From a virus (Duplodnaviria; Caudoviricetes), in the IMG/VR virus record IMGVR_UViG_3300025372_000014, positions 1 through 64,000 of that record: a stretch of DNA of 64,000 nt; one strand, given 5' to 3'. The first letter of the stretch is position 1. The number at the start of each line of letters is the position of its first letter. Positions 1 to 9,006 of the stretch are shown piece by piece. The position numbers and the translations under genes were made by a program. Under the pieces are notes generated by a model that saw only the letters and a program-made list of their open reading frames with translations, did no database searches and was not told the DNA's origin.

Positions 1-156
1 GCATTAAACATTGCATACGAATTTGCAGGAATGTTAGAGCCTTTTATTACAAAAGATGAAACCATAGCAATTAGGTTTAATGAATTGTTTGATGAATTAA
101 AAATTCTTGATCCTTTAATTCCTGACATCACCTCCTAAAGCATATAGAATAAGATT

Positions 157-345
157 ATGAATGAAGAAGACAAATTTACAGAAGAGGATATAAAAGAATT
201 GATTTTTGACACTTTATGTGATTGTCATCAATCAAGCACTTTTGTATACAGAAAAGGCAATAAAGCAAATTCGTTTTTTATTGATACACCAAGTTACGAA
301 GATATCTTTGAAATTATCATAAAGAAGCTTGACAAGTCCTCCTAA
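157..345 (+). CDS. hypothetical protein
   Basis: 62-aa ORF; CTGACA-17-TAGAAT promoter ends 6 nt before the ATG. Confidence 0.65.
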   Translation: MNEEDKFTEEDIKELIFDTLCDCHQSSTFVYRKGNKANSFFIDTPSYEDIFEIIIKKLDKSS

Positions 346-365
346 AGCATATAGACTATAAGAAT

Positions 366-806
366 ATGGTAACACAAGCAATAGTATTGAAGTGTAAGGA
401 GTGTGGTAATAATTTTGATACCACAGCAACTTATAATGAGCATGGACAGATGATGCCTCTTCCTCAACTGTATTGTGATTACTGTGATTATGAAAGAAAG
501 TTTGGTAAGAAGCAGTCTGTAGTTATGGAAGAAAAAGACATTGACATTGGAGAAAGCCCTTATTGTCCAGTTTGTGAAAGCTGTGGAGAGGAAGGATGCT
601 GTAGTGCAGAGAATTCTCTTTGGAAACATGATTGTAAATATGGCAAAGTTTATGCAAGAGATGTTTATCTTAATGAGATGATCATTGATGAGTTCCATAA
701 GCTCTTTGATGAGAATGGAAATTATCTAGGATATGATGGTAATCCTATTGAGGTAGTGTATAATAATGCTTTTGATAGAACAAAGCAGAAGTATGGAAAG
801 AAATAA
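366..806 (+). CDS. Cys-rich (zinc-binding) hypothetical protein
   Basis: Several CxxC pairs; TTGACA-17-TAGACT promoter just upstream. Confidence 0.7.
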   Translation: MVTQAIVLKCKECGNNFDTTATYNEHGQMMPLPQLYCDYCDYERKFGKKQSVVMEEKDIDIGESPYCPVCESCGEEGCCSAENSLWKHDCKYGKVYARDVYLNEMIIDEFHKLFDENGNYLGYDGNPIEVVYNNAFDRTKQKYGKK

Positions 807-807
807 T

Positions 808-1032
808 ATGAAAGCAATACTAGAATTCAATCTTCCAGAAGAAGAGGAAGAGCATAAGAGCGCAGTAGACGGTGCAAACTGGAAACTTGCCGTATGGGAC
901 TTAGACTATATACTAAGAAACGCAATCAAACACGGTTGCGATCAGTGCGAAGATAATAAGTATGCCGCCTTTGAGTATATAAGAAAAGAACTATATGATA
1001 CACTAGAGCATCATAAGCTGATCTTGGATTAA
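808..1032 (+). CDS. conserved small phage protein (MKAILEFNLPEE type)
   Basis: Start moved to ATG 808, after the previous stop; resembles ORF 16869-17123. Confidence 0.7.
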   Translation: MKAILEFNLPEEEEEHKSAVDGANWKLAVWDLDYILRNAIKHGCDQCEDNKYAAFEYIRKELYDTLEHHKLILD

Positions 1033-1061
1033 ATATTTTAATAATTTTTTATTACCGGCCT

Positions 1062-1616
1062 ATGGCAAAAGATGCTATAAAAGAGAAAGAACGCAAAAGA
1101 CTTTCCGAAATCAAACATAGAGATGCGAGGAACGCGCGACGACGGGAGAGGTATCGCACTGATGCTAAATATCGACAAAAGCAATTAAAAATTCGCAGAC
1201 AATTTAGAAACGATAACCTTGAACAATCTAAATTAAGAGAAAGTCTTTATAAGAAAAATAATAGGGAAAAGGTAAATGCTTATAGAGAAAATAAATATAA
1301 GAATGACCCGAATTTTAGGTTAGCCCAAGTAATAAGAGTTAGGATGAGGAAAGTTATAAAAAACAAATCACAATCTTCTAAGAAGCTAATGGGCGCAGAC
1401 ATAGAAACTGTAAAGAAACATTTAGAAAGTTTATTCCAAGATGGCATGAGTTGGGATAATCATGGTTTTAATGGTTGGCATATTGACCATATCATACCCT
1501 GTGCCTCTTTTGATCTAACCGATCCAAAACAACAGAAAAAATGCTTTCACTATACGAACCTACAGCCACTTTGGGCAAAGGACAACCTATCAAAATCAGA
1601 CAATTATGAACACTGA
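1062..1616 (+). CDS. HNH-type endonuclease
   Basis: WHIDHIIP...CFHYTNLQPLWAKDNLSK motif; basic N-terminus. Confidence 0.85.
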   Translation: MAKDAIKEKERKRLSEIKHRDARNARRRERYRTDAKYRQKQLKIRRQFRNDNLEQSKLRESLYKKNNREKVNAYRENKYKNDPNFRLAQVIRVRMRKVIKNKSQSSKKLMGADIETVKKHLESLFQDGMSWDNHGFNGWHIDHIIPCASFDLTDPKQQKKCFHYTNLQPLWAKDNLSKSDNYEH

Positions 1617-2121
1617 GATATGGAAACCCATCAAGGGCTATGAAGATAGATATGAAGTATCTTCCCATGGCCGAATAAGAAGCTACAATAAGAAAACCCA
1701 AACACATTTAATTATGAAACCCTTCAACCATAAGGGGTACTATCGTATAGATTTAAGAGGTAAATCACCAAGGGTTCACAGGATGGTTGCAGATGCTTTT
1801 ATACTTAACCCTTTGAAAAAGCCAGAAGTAAATCATCTTAATGGTATCAAGACAGATAACCGTATAGAAAATCTTGAATGGTGTACTAGGCAGGAGAATC
1901 AGAACCACGCCTATGATACTGGTTTAATTGTAAAGCCCCGGGGCACACAACATATACAAACTAAACCATTGGTCGTAATGACCAAAACAGGCGAATATGT
2001 CACAACCCTATACGGAACAACACAAATAAAAGAGTTCGGTTTAGACCAAGGTAGTGTTATGGGATGCCTAGCTGGAAGAAGAAAACAACACAAGGGGTAT
2101 ACATTTAAGTATTTAAATTAA
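1606..2121 (+). CDS. NUMOD4-HNH homing endonuclease
   Basis: EIWKPIKGYE..YEVSSHGRIRS (NUMOD4); VHRMVA..VNHLNGIKTDNRIENLEWCT..EN..H (HNH); C-terminal NUMOD1-like end. Confidence 0.9.
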   Translation: MNTEIWKPIKGYEDRYEVSSHGRIRSYNKKTQTHLIMKPFNHKGYYRIDLRGKSPRVHRMVADAFILNPLKKPEVNHLNGIKTDNRIENLEWCTRQENQNHAYDTGLIVKPRGTQHIQTKPLVVMTKTGEYVTTLYGTTQIKEFGLDQGSVMGCLAGRRKQHKGYTFKYLN

Positions 2122-2154
2122 AGATCTGGTATTTTAAATTAATTTTTAATTAAT

Positions 2155-2388
2155 ATGCATGACCAAAGCACACAAGAAGATATAGAATATTTACAAGCAT
2201 TCTCCTCGGATATAATCGCCTCATTGACTCTTGTTAGCCAATACGATATAAAGAAGGTTGCCTATGCTATAGATAATCTAATCCTAAGACTAAATGAAAT
2301 TGAGTCGGATACTATTAGGGAATTAAGAAATGAAATCCTAGTACTAAAGAATGATTATGCAGTTTTAAAACATAAAAAAACTATTTAA
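2155..2388 (+). CDS. hypothetical protein
   Basis: 77-aa ORF co-oriented with neighbours. Confidence 0.55.
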   Translation: MHDQSTQEDIEYLQAFSSDIIASLTLVSQYDIKKVAYAIDNLILRLNEIESDTIRELRNEILVLKNDYAVLKHKKTI

Positions 2389-2579
2389 ATTAAAAGCCGG
2401 GCACTTTAAAATACAGTTTATATACCTATTTTAATATATATCTTACCTTTAAGATAGATATTCCCCACTCCGACCCACCCATCCCCACACCACTCCACAT
2501 TTATATTGTTTAATATATACTACATATATCCCAAATATGTCTTAGGATCGCTACACGATGCCCCTTTTGCCCGTTTAGT

Positions 2580-2655
2580 ACCCGAATACATACCCGATTA
2601 TACCCGAATAATTATCACCCGATAACCACCCGATTGAATAGAAACAATCACCCGT
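2580..2655 (+). repeat. ACCCGA short direct repeats in an AT-rich non-coding region
   Basis: Copies at 2580, 2592, 2602, 2617, 2628, plus ACCCGT at 2650. Confidence 0.7.
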
Positions 2656-3161
2656 ATTAACAGAGTAAAATAAGAAAAAATGAATAGATCTAATAATACA
2701 ATTAATCGCACATCTAATAAGAAGTTCCTATATAGGGAATAACACGTAAGAACAATAGAACAATAGAATATATAAGAAAAGGTACGTATTAATAAAAATG
2801 CAATTAATATATAAAACTATCAGTGCCATTTATATAATTAAAAGTCAAGAAAAATATTTAAAAAATTTACAAAATATTAAAAATTGAAATAATTGTAAAA
2901 ATATGTTATGTGTATAGTAGTAATAGAACCCTATATAAACCCTATACATAAAATGTGACATATGCCTATACGACTGCTTAAATACTTGCGCCAGAGCCTA
3001 CCGGAGATAAATTGTCCGCACAGGCGTAGACGCAGGCAGAAAATAAGAAACCATGTGAAACGTATAAGAACCTATAGGAAGATTAGGAATAGTATAGAAT
3101 ATCATCCAGCATTAATAAGTTTAATGGTATTAATGTACAAATTGCAGTAAAATATAAGAGA

Positions 3162-3362
3162 ATGGTATACGAATTTAAGAATCCCATTCCTGTGATTACC
3201 GAGATAGGGCCCGGATATGTGTGGTATGTGCGCGATGGCGGAACTTGGGAGAACGATATCTTTTGTGTGGTAATGGAAAGCAATGGAAGTATAAGACATT
3301 TTCGTAGTGATCAAATAAAATTCCATAAGAATGGCACTTTTGACATTTTTAATAATAAGTAA
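3162..3362 (+). CDS. conserved small phage protein
   Basis: 66-aa ORF with typical phage composition. Confidence 0.7.
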   Translation: MVYEFKNPIPVITEIGPGYVWYVRDGGTWENDIFCVVMESNGSIRHFRSDQIKFHKNGTFDIFNNK

Positions 3363-3452
3363 TTTTAAATAATTTTAATTAATTTTAATTAATTTTACAA
3401 TTTTTAGAAGAATCTACTTGTATAATAGATCATAATAGAATACTATAAGAAC

Positions 3453-4358
3453 ATGTACAGAACCGGCTATTGCTGCATCAACTTGTCGCTCGACGAGAAT
3501 TTCAGAACCATGCAGCTGACATGGGCAAATAAGAATCCAGAGGAGGCCCCGAAGAAATGGAGGGAAGTAGTAACTCATAATTTTAAATTACTACATAAAA
3601 TAATAGAATGGAATCTTAAGAATGGTGTATTCCTATATAGGATCTCTAGTGATCTAATACCTTTTGCTGACCATGACCAATGGGGGCAGTTATGGAGGGA
3701 GGCATTGAGGGCAGACTGGATGGCGGAAGCAAGTAGCCCGGCCCGGCAAGCTCTTACTAACTATCGTACACTTGGCGGTCGCCTGACAATACACCCCGGC
3801 CAGTTTGTCAGCATCAGTTCGCCCAATGACGAGACGCGCCGCAAGAGTCTCGCCAATCTAGAGTACCACGGTCAGCTACTAGACTATCTTGGACTACCAG
3901 AAAGTGTAGAGTGCCCAATTAATATACATATCAGTAATGGTACTAAAGGAGAACAAGTAGTTAAATATGTAGAACAATCATTATCTCTTATGAGCGCTAG
4001 TGTACGTAATCGTCTTGTATTTGAGAATGAACAAAATGGCTATTGGAAACCTAGTAATATTAAAAAGCATTTCAAAGTACCTATTACATTAGACTATCAT
4101 CACTTATCTATTAATCCAGATGAGGGATTTACTCTAGAAGAAATTATCAAATTTACTAGAGACAGTTGGCCAAATATAGATCCAGTACAGCACTACTCAG
4201 AGGGCCGCAAGCATGCCCTAGACCCGGCGCACAGCGATTATGTCCAGTCCTTACCTGACCAGCCCTATGATATTGAAATAGAAGCAAAGAAAAAAGAATT
4301 GAGTATCATGCCATATTTGCGAACGAGAAATCGCCAAATAACAAATGTCCTATACTGA
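3453..4358 (+). CDS. uvsE: UV DNA damage endonuclease (UvsE/UvdE family)
   Basis: GYCCIN, YRISSDLIPF, HPGQF, NIH, RLVFEN, LDYHH, QHYSE, AHSDY, IEAKKKE motifs. Confidence 0.92.
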   Translation: MYRTGYCCINLSLDENFRTMQLTWANKNPEEAPKKWREVVTHNFKLLHKIIEWNLKNGVFLYRISSDLIPFADHDQWGQLWREALRADWMAEASSPARQALTNYRTLGGRLTIHPGQFVSISSPNDETRRKSLANLEYHGQLLDYLGLPESVECPINIHISNGTKGEQVVKYVEQSLSLMSASVRNRLVFENEQNGYWKPSNIKKHFKVPITLDYHHLSINPDEGFTLEEIIKFTRDSWPNIDPVQHYSEGRKHALDPAHSDYVQSLPDQPYDIEIEAKKKELSIMPYLRTRNRQITNVLY

Positions 4359-4690
4359 ATTTGCTAACGAGATTTCGCCAAATAAGAGATATACGAATTT
4401 GCTAACGAAAAAATGCCAAATAAGGGTATATTGAATATGTGAATTTGCTAATGACTTTTTGCCAAATAATGAATTTAAATAAATAAAAATTAATTAATAA
4501 TGGAAGTGTGGCCGAGCGGTTTATGGCTGCAGTTTACTAAACTGCCGTACAGCGATGTACCGAGGGTTCGAATCCCTCCGCTTCCTGATTTGCTAACGAA
4601 AACCCGGCAAATAATAGATATACGAATTTGCTAACGCGAAACAGCCAAATAAGCAATACCCGTATTTGCTAACGAAATTTTGCCAAATAA
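4315..4690 (+). repeat. array of seven 27-bp ATTTGCTAACG-N7-GCCAAATAA units, interrupted by tRNA-Ser
   Basis: Units start at 4315, 4359, 4397, 4443, 4588, 4626, 4664. Confidence 0.9.
4502..4586 (+). tRNA. tRNA-Ser (anticodon ACU), long variable arm, CCA not encoded
   Basis: Acceptor stem GGAAGTG/CGCTTCC; anticodon arm GCAGT-TTACTAA-ACTGC; GGTTCGAATCC T arm. Confidence 0.85.
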
Positions 4691-4852
4691 AGGGTAAGTT
4701 AAATATTAAATTAAATACCCAGATCTTATATAAGGAATAAATACAAATTGTAAAATTAGGCTACACTGAATAATATTAAAAATGTAATAAAATTAATTGG
4801 AATACTCAAATATAAAAATGCATAGTGAGTATACAGTAGTGTAATACATTAT

Positions 4853-5323
4853 ATGGCACTTAATAATACTAAGTATACAAAAGACATATTAGAAGAAATA
4901 GTTAAAAGAAACGTTTCTATTTATGGAGTATTAAAAGAATTAAATTTAAAACTTAGTGGCGGAAACCACTCGCATATAAAAACAAGAATAAAACAGTGCG
5001 GTATAAGTACCGACCATTTTCTTGGTAGACGATCCAATTGTGGTCCCAATCATTCCGGTGGTCCGGCAAAATTAAAAACAAATGATATTTTAGTCTATAA
5101 CAGAAAGGGCAGAAGGGAAAGTATTCGTAGATTAAGAAATGCATTAATAGATGCTGGTATAGAACACATATGTAACGACTGTGGAATAAGAGATACTTAT
5201 AATAATTTACCTATAACACTAGAGGTACATCATATAGATGAGGATTTCCTTAATAACCGTATTGAGAATTTAAAGTTTCTTTGCCCAAATTGTCATTCAC
5301 AACAACGGGCGAATAAAAATTAA
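4853..5323 (+). CDS. HNH endonuclease (tRNA-flanking)
   Basis: CxxC...LEVHHIDE...NNRIENLKFLCPNCHSQ; paralog of 10093-10560. Confidence 0.9.
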   Translation: MALNNTKYTKDILEEIVKRNVSIYGVLKELNLKLSGGNHSHIKTRIKQCGISTDHFLGRRSNCGPNHSGGPAKLKTNDILVYNRKGRRESIRRLRNALIDAGIEHICNDCGIRDTYNNLPITLEVHHIDEDFLNNRIENLKFLCPNCHSQQRANKN

Positions 5324-5367
5324 TTTTAATTTGACTACTGGGTAAAATAGTTGTAATATATATTTAT

Positions 5368-5452
5368 GCTCTGGTGGCGGAATTGGCAGACGCCCGGGTT
5401 TTAGGCACCCGTGCCGCAAGGCGTGAGAGTTCGAGTCTCTCCTAGAGCACCA
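5368..5452 (+). tRNA. tRNA-Leu (UAG)
   Basis: GCTCTGG/CTAGAGC-ACCA; anticodon loop TTTAGGC; long variable arm. Confidence 0.93.
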
Positions 5453-5476
5453 CAACTAAAAACACAAAAAAAACAA

Positions 5477-5827
5477 ATGAGTACTAAAAGAGGACGTAAA
5501 GCCGGTAGCGGAAGTTTTGTCAGCGTGACGCTGGCAGATCTGAATGCCGCCCTTAAACCAAATGCGCGTGTGATCATATGGGGTCGCTACGCACAGATGC
5601 TAGGGCTAGCCGGAAAGAAGATCGATGCCAAACCGGATGCATTAATTGCTGCGGTTGCTGGTGGCAAGAGTGATGTGGAGCTTGAGACCTTTAATGAGGT
5701 TCCTGAGAAGATCAAGTCTCTAGCAGAGGATGTACTGAAGCTGAATAAGCCAGACACCGAGAAACCGGACATCATGCCCAAGGTTTCTGTAGAGTTGGAA
5801 AGCTTCGATGATGACGAAGTTTTTTAA
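5477..5827 (+). CDS. hypothetical protein (basic N-terminus, acidic C-terminus)
   Basis: Start moved to ATG 5477 because the track start lies inside the tRNA. Confidence 0.7.
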   Translation: MSTKRGRKAGSGSFVSVTLADLNAALKPNARVIIWGRYAQMLGLAGKKIDAKPDALIAAVAGGKSDVELETFNEVPEKIKSLAEDVLKLNKPDTEKPDIMPKVSVELESFDDDEVF

Positions 5828-5870
5828 AAAAAACCATTGACCCACAAACCAAACTAGTATACAAGAAGGT

Positions 5871-6878
5871 ATGGAAACAACCTACTTCGACGAAATGATC
5901 GGTCAGGATAAGACCAAGCGTGTCCTATCTTTTTACATTGATGCCTTTGAGAAAAGCGAGATCCTTCCACACCTGTTTGTGGTCGGTCAGCGTGGTCAGG
6001 GCAAAACCATGTTGGCTACACAGGTGGCCAAAAACTTGCGCTCCAAGACTCTTGGGCGTGTCAAGCCGATGCTTACCATCAACTGCTCGACGCTCAAGAA
6101 CGTTCGCCAGTTCGTGGAGGATATCGCCCTCACATACATTCGTGACCAGCACATAACCGTGTTCTTTGACGAGGCTCATGAGATGCCAGAGAGTGTGCAG
6201 ACCTGCCTACTCACGGTTCTCAATCCAAACAAACACAACAGAAATACCTTACGGTTTGATGACTACAACATAGAGTTTGATTTTACAAAGGTATCATTTA
6301 TCTTTGCCACTACAGACCCACAGAAGGTTATTACTCCTCTTAAAGATCGTTGTAAGATGATTCATATGGAAGAGTATGACTATGAGTCTTTGGGCAAGAT
6401 AGTCGAAGCAAATTCTGATGAGATTACTTACTCACCAGAGGTTCTCAAGGAGATCAGTTCTACTTGCCGTGGTAACGCACGTAATGCCACTCTCATGGCC
6501 AAGGATAACATTACTCAATTTGCACACCGGCATGGTATCTACGACATTGACAAGAAGGCATGGAAGGAACTCAAGTGCGTCCTAGGAATTTTGCCGCTGG
6601 GCTTGGAGAATACCGAGTTGCAGTTGCTCAAGGTTCTCAAGGAGCGTGGCAGTTGTTCGCTCACGAATTTGAGTGCGGTTACTGGACTTTCTGGTAATGC
6701 CCTGCGTAGTGAGTTTGAGCTTTACCTGCTCAAGCACGGCCTCATGGAGGTCGCACAGGGTGGTCGTAGAATTACTGCCAAGGGTCTGGAGTATCTCCGA
6801 TCCCTTGACGGCGAATGTGACGACCAGAAAGCCTTGCAAGCCTCAACAGTAACAATTACAATGGAGGGGCATGAATAA
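5871..6878 (+). CDS. ruvB: RuvB-like Holliday junction branch-migration AAA+ ATPase
   Basis: FDEMIGQ, PHL, Walker A GQRGQGKT, Walker B FFDEAH, FATT, PLKDR, RGNAR, C-terminal YLLKHGL..GRRIT..G. Confidence 0.88.
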   Translation: METTYFDEMIGQDKTKRVLSFYIDAFEKSEILPHLFVVGQRGQGKTMLATQVAKNLRSKTLGRVKPMLTINCSTLKNVRQFVEDIALTYIRDQHITVFFDEAHEMPESVQTCLLTVLNPNKHNRNTLRFDDYNIEFDFTKVSFIFATTDPQKVITPLKDRCKMIHMEEYDYESLGKIVEANSDEITYSPEVLKEISSTCRGNARNATLMAKDNITQFAHRHGIYDIDKKAWKELKCVLGILPLGLENTELQLLKVLKERGSCSLTNLSAVTGLSGNALRSEFELYLLKHGLMEVAQGGRRITAKGLEYLRSLDGECDDQKALQASTVTITMEGHE

Positions 6879-6962
6879 CGGGCAGGACTCCTCTGGAAAC
6901 ACCATAATAATATTAATAGGAATGATACTTACCGCAATAGCTTTAAATAACAAAACAAAAAA

Positions 6963-7148
6963 ATGAGATACTATAAAGTAACACTAGAAAATGGAGAAGA
7001 ACTGGTACATGAGAGCAAGACTAGTCTGGACAACGAACAACTACTCGCACAGATGCAGGAGCAGGCCACGCTTTCCCCTGCAGAGGTGGACGAGGTTCGT
7101 GAGATAGAAGAGATAGATGAAGAAGAGTATGAGATGATAGCTATTTAG
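6963..7148 (+). CDS. small acidic hypothetical protein
   Basis: 61-aa Glu-rich ORF. Confidence 0.6.
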   Translation: MRYYKVTLENGEELVHESKTSLDNEQLLAQMQEQATLSPAEVDEVREIEEIDEEEYEMIAI

Positions 7149-7186
7149 TGCTTGATTGATTTATACAATTTTGCCACTATAAGAGT

Positions 7187-7426
7187 ATGAAGCTAGTTTA
7201 TACTGAAAACTACCCGTCGGGAAAGACTGGTTACTGCTTTGATTGCATTGAGGAAACTCATGCTGATAGTCGCCTGCGATATATTCACGTATTTCAAGAT
7301 GCAAATGGCAGAATATTTACAGGATGGAATACTAGTTTCTTTGACCATACAGCAAAGAGTAGGCAGAGACAAAAATTAATGGCAAAAATAAATACTATAC
7401 TTGACACATTAACCAATAAAAAATAA
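7187..7426 (+). CDS. hypothetical protein
   Basis: ORF with TTGATT-17-CACTAT-6-ATG promoter. Confidence 0.6.
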   Translation: MKLVYTENYPSGKTGYCFDCIEETHADSRLRYIHVFQDANGRIFTGWNTSFFDHTAKSRQRQKLMAKINTILDTLTNKK

Positions 7427-7436
7427 AATAAACACA

Positions 7437-7628
7437 ATGAAGAACATAACTAAACTAAAGAATGGAAGTATCTATGATTACAACGGCAAGACTGTCCGTT
7501 TGCGCCAGCGAGTTGGGGTGGTAGTCACCCTGCGTGAGCCACACGGCAAGATCTTCCTTGGTCGAGCAGACTTGCTCAAGCGTGTCGGCACCAAGAAGGT
7601 CGAGACGTTCGTCGCCAAGTGCGCATAA
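7437..7628 (+). CDS. small basic hypothetical protein
   Basis: TTGACA-17-TAAAAT-7-ATG. Confidence 0.65.
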   Translation: MKNITKLKNGSIYDYNGKTVRLRQRVGVVVTLREPHGKIFLGRADLLKRVGTKKVETFVAKCA

Positions 7629-7629
7629 G

Positions 7630-7905
7630 ATGGCAGTCTCAAAGCATGTTGAAGAGGTTCTGGAGCATTTCCGTAACAATGTGGTTGCGGGATGCACCAA
7701 GAACGGAACCGAGATTCAAATCCTAGGCGTAGATACCTACGCAGAAGAGACAAATAATGTTATCTTACTAGGCAATGGAAAGAAGATCACAACTGATGAT
7801 CTGGAATTTGCTGAACCAATAGTTGGAAATATACAAACCAAGATTCACTTGGGTGATTACATCTTCCATCTGGACAGGCACGGCTTCAAGAACGAATGCG
7901 AATAA
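7630..7905 (+). CDS. hypothetical protein
   Basis: ATG 7630 follows the previous stop almost directly. Confidence 0.6.
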   Translation: MAVSKHVEEVLEHFRNNVVAGCTKNGTEIQILGVDTYAEETNNVILLGNGKKITTDDLEFAEPIVGNIQTKIHLGDYIFHLDRHGFKNECE

Positions 7906-8198
7906 GCGAACGCCAAATAGCCAAATAGACCGATCCAAATAAGCTAACGATTTTACGACAAATAGTGTAATAGTTATGTATACCAATGATCACTGCATGC
8001 TTACATATCTTGGAACAAACATTCCTACTTGTCGTATTTCTTTCTGCAATATACATGATATATAAAGGACTTACTGATGATGATAGTTTGAATAGATAGT
8101 TGTAAGTAGTTGTTTATTAATTATTTATAGAGCCGGGCCCCGCCGGGTGCTGTAACCCGCTCACCACAAACGAGTTACAGCTTCTCCCCCTTTACGGA

Positions 8199-8957
8199 CT
8201 ACTGGTTCTCCAGAACGAAGCTCCAGTATCGACTATCCGTATAACCTTGGTTGCGATCCCACCAGATGCAACGAGCAACATATGAACTAACATTCCACAT
8301 TTTGCACATTTCGATCCAATGACGCTCCATAGCGTGATACTGCTTGGCATCCTTGGACTGATCCAGACCGAAGAGTTGGAACAAGTGGGTATCCATGCAA
8401 GTGACCTCGGCAATAGCAGGGTAGATCATCTCAAGCGAGAAGCTGACCTTTGCCATGCCCAGACCAAGCACTTGATCTACGAGACGATCACGAAACTCTG
8501 ACCATGACTCGTCCTCTGCTTTCTTGTAAAAATCAAGGTTAGCCCAATAGTGTTCAGCGAAAGCCGTAATGAATTTTGTGCGGTTTTTATGAAGCCCTGC
8601 ACCACTCTCTACGATCCTACGCTCAAGTTCCTCTGGCTTGTTGAGCCACTCCCACCAGTTACGGATCATAAGATATCCGTTGATGTTGGAACGCCATGAG
8701 GTATGAACCGACATGAAGGCGAAGAGCCAACGCTGGAATACCTCGGAAGTGTTACGAGGAACAACGCTATCCCAATACTTGGAATACTCGCTGATCTCCT
8801 CGTCTAAAATTGAATTAAAAAACCTATCTACTTTCGTAGTGTTAAGGCTAGGGCGACGAGCAGGGATGCAATTAAAGTCAGTATCCCAGAATCGTGATTG
8901 TTCTGTTGCATTTGTATTAAGAGTTGAGATTGCGTTGCCGATGAAGTCGAGTTGCAT
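8199..8957 (-). CDS. HhH-GPD superfamily DNA glycosylase-like protein
   Basis: HhH-like VLGLGMAKVSF followed by CMDTH; N-terminal WLFAFMS helix as in Ogg2-type enzymes. Confidence 0.7.
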   Translation of the reverse strand: MQLDFIGNAISTLNTNATEQSRFWDTDFNCIPARRPSLNTTKVDRFFNSILDEEISEYSKYWDSVVPRNTSEVFQRWLFAFMSVHTSWRSNINGYLMIRNWWEWLNKPEELERRIVESGAGLHKNRTKFITAFAEHYWANLDFYKKAEDESWSEFRDRLVDQVLGLGMAKVSFSLEMIYPAIAEVTCMDTHLFQLFGLDQSKDAKQYHAMERHWIEMCKMWNVSSYVARCIWWDRNQGYTDSRYWSFVLENQ

Positions 8958-9006
8958 GGTGTATTGTGGTTAAGGGTGAGTCTTGATAATAATTAAAATT
9001 GACCTG

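Noticed and set aside
4502-4586. Amber suppressor tRNA (CUA) and stop-codon recoding
   Set aside because: The 5-bp stem places ACU, not CUA, at positions 34-36. Long genes are intact in code 11, and TAG/TGA occur at plausible gene ends.
4315-4690. CRISPR array
   Set aside because: Repeats have an internal variable 7-mer, linkers are only 11-19 nt, and no cas genes are seen.
4315-4690. TIGR-type dual-spacer guide array
   Set aside because: Superficially bipartite, but the period is irregular, the variable parts are low-complexity, and I see no box C/D-like motifs or Nop-domain protein.
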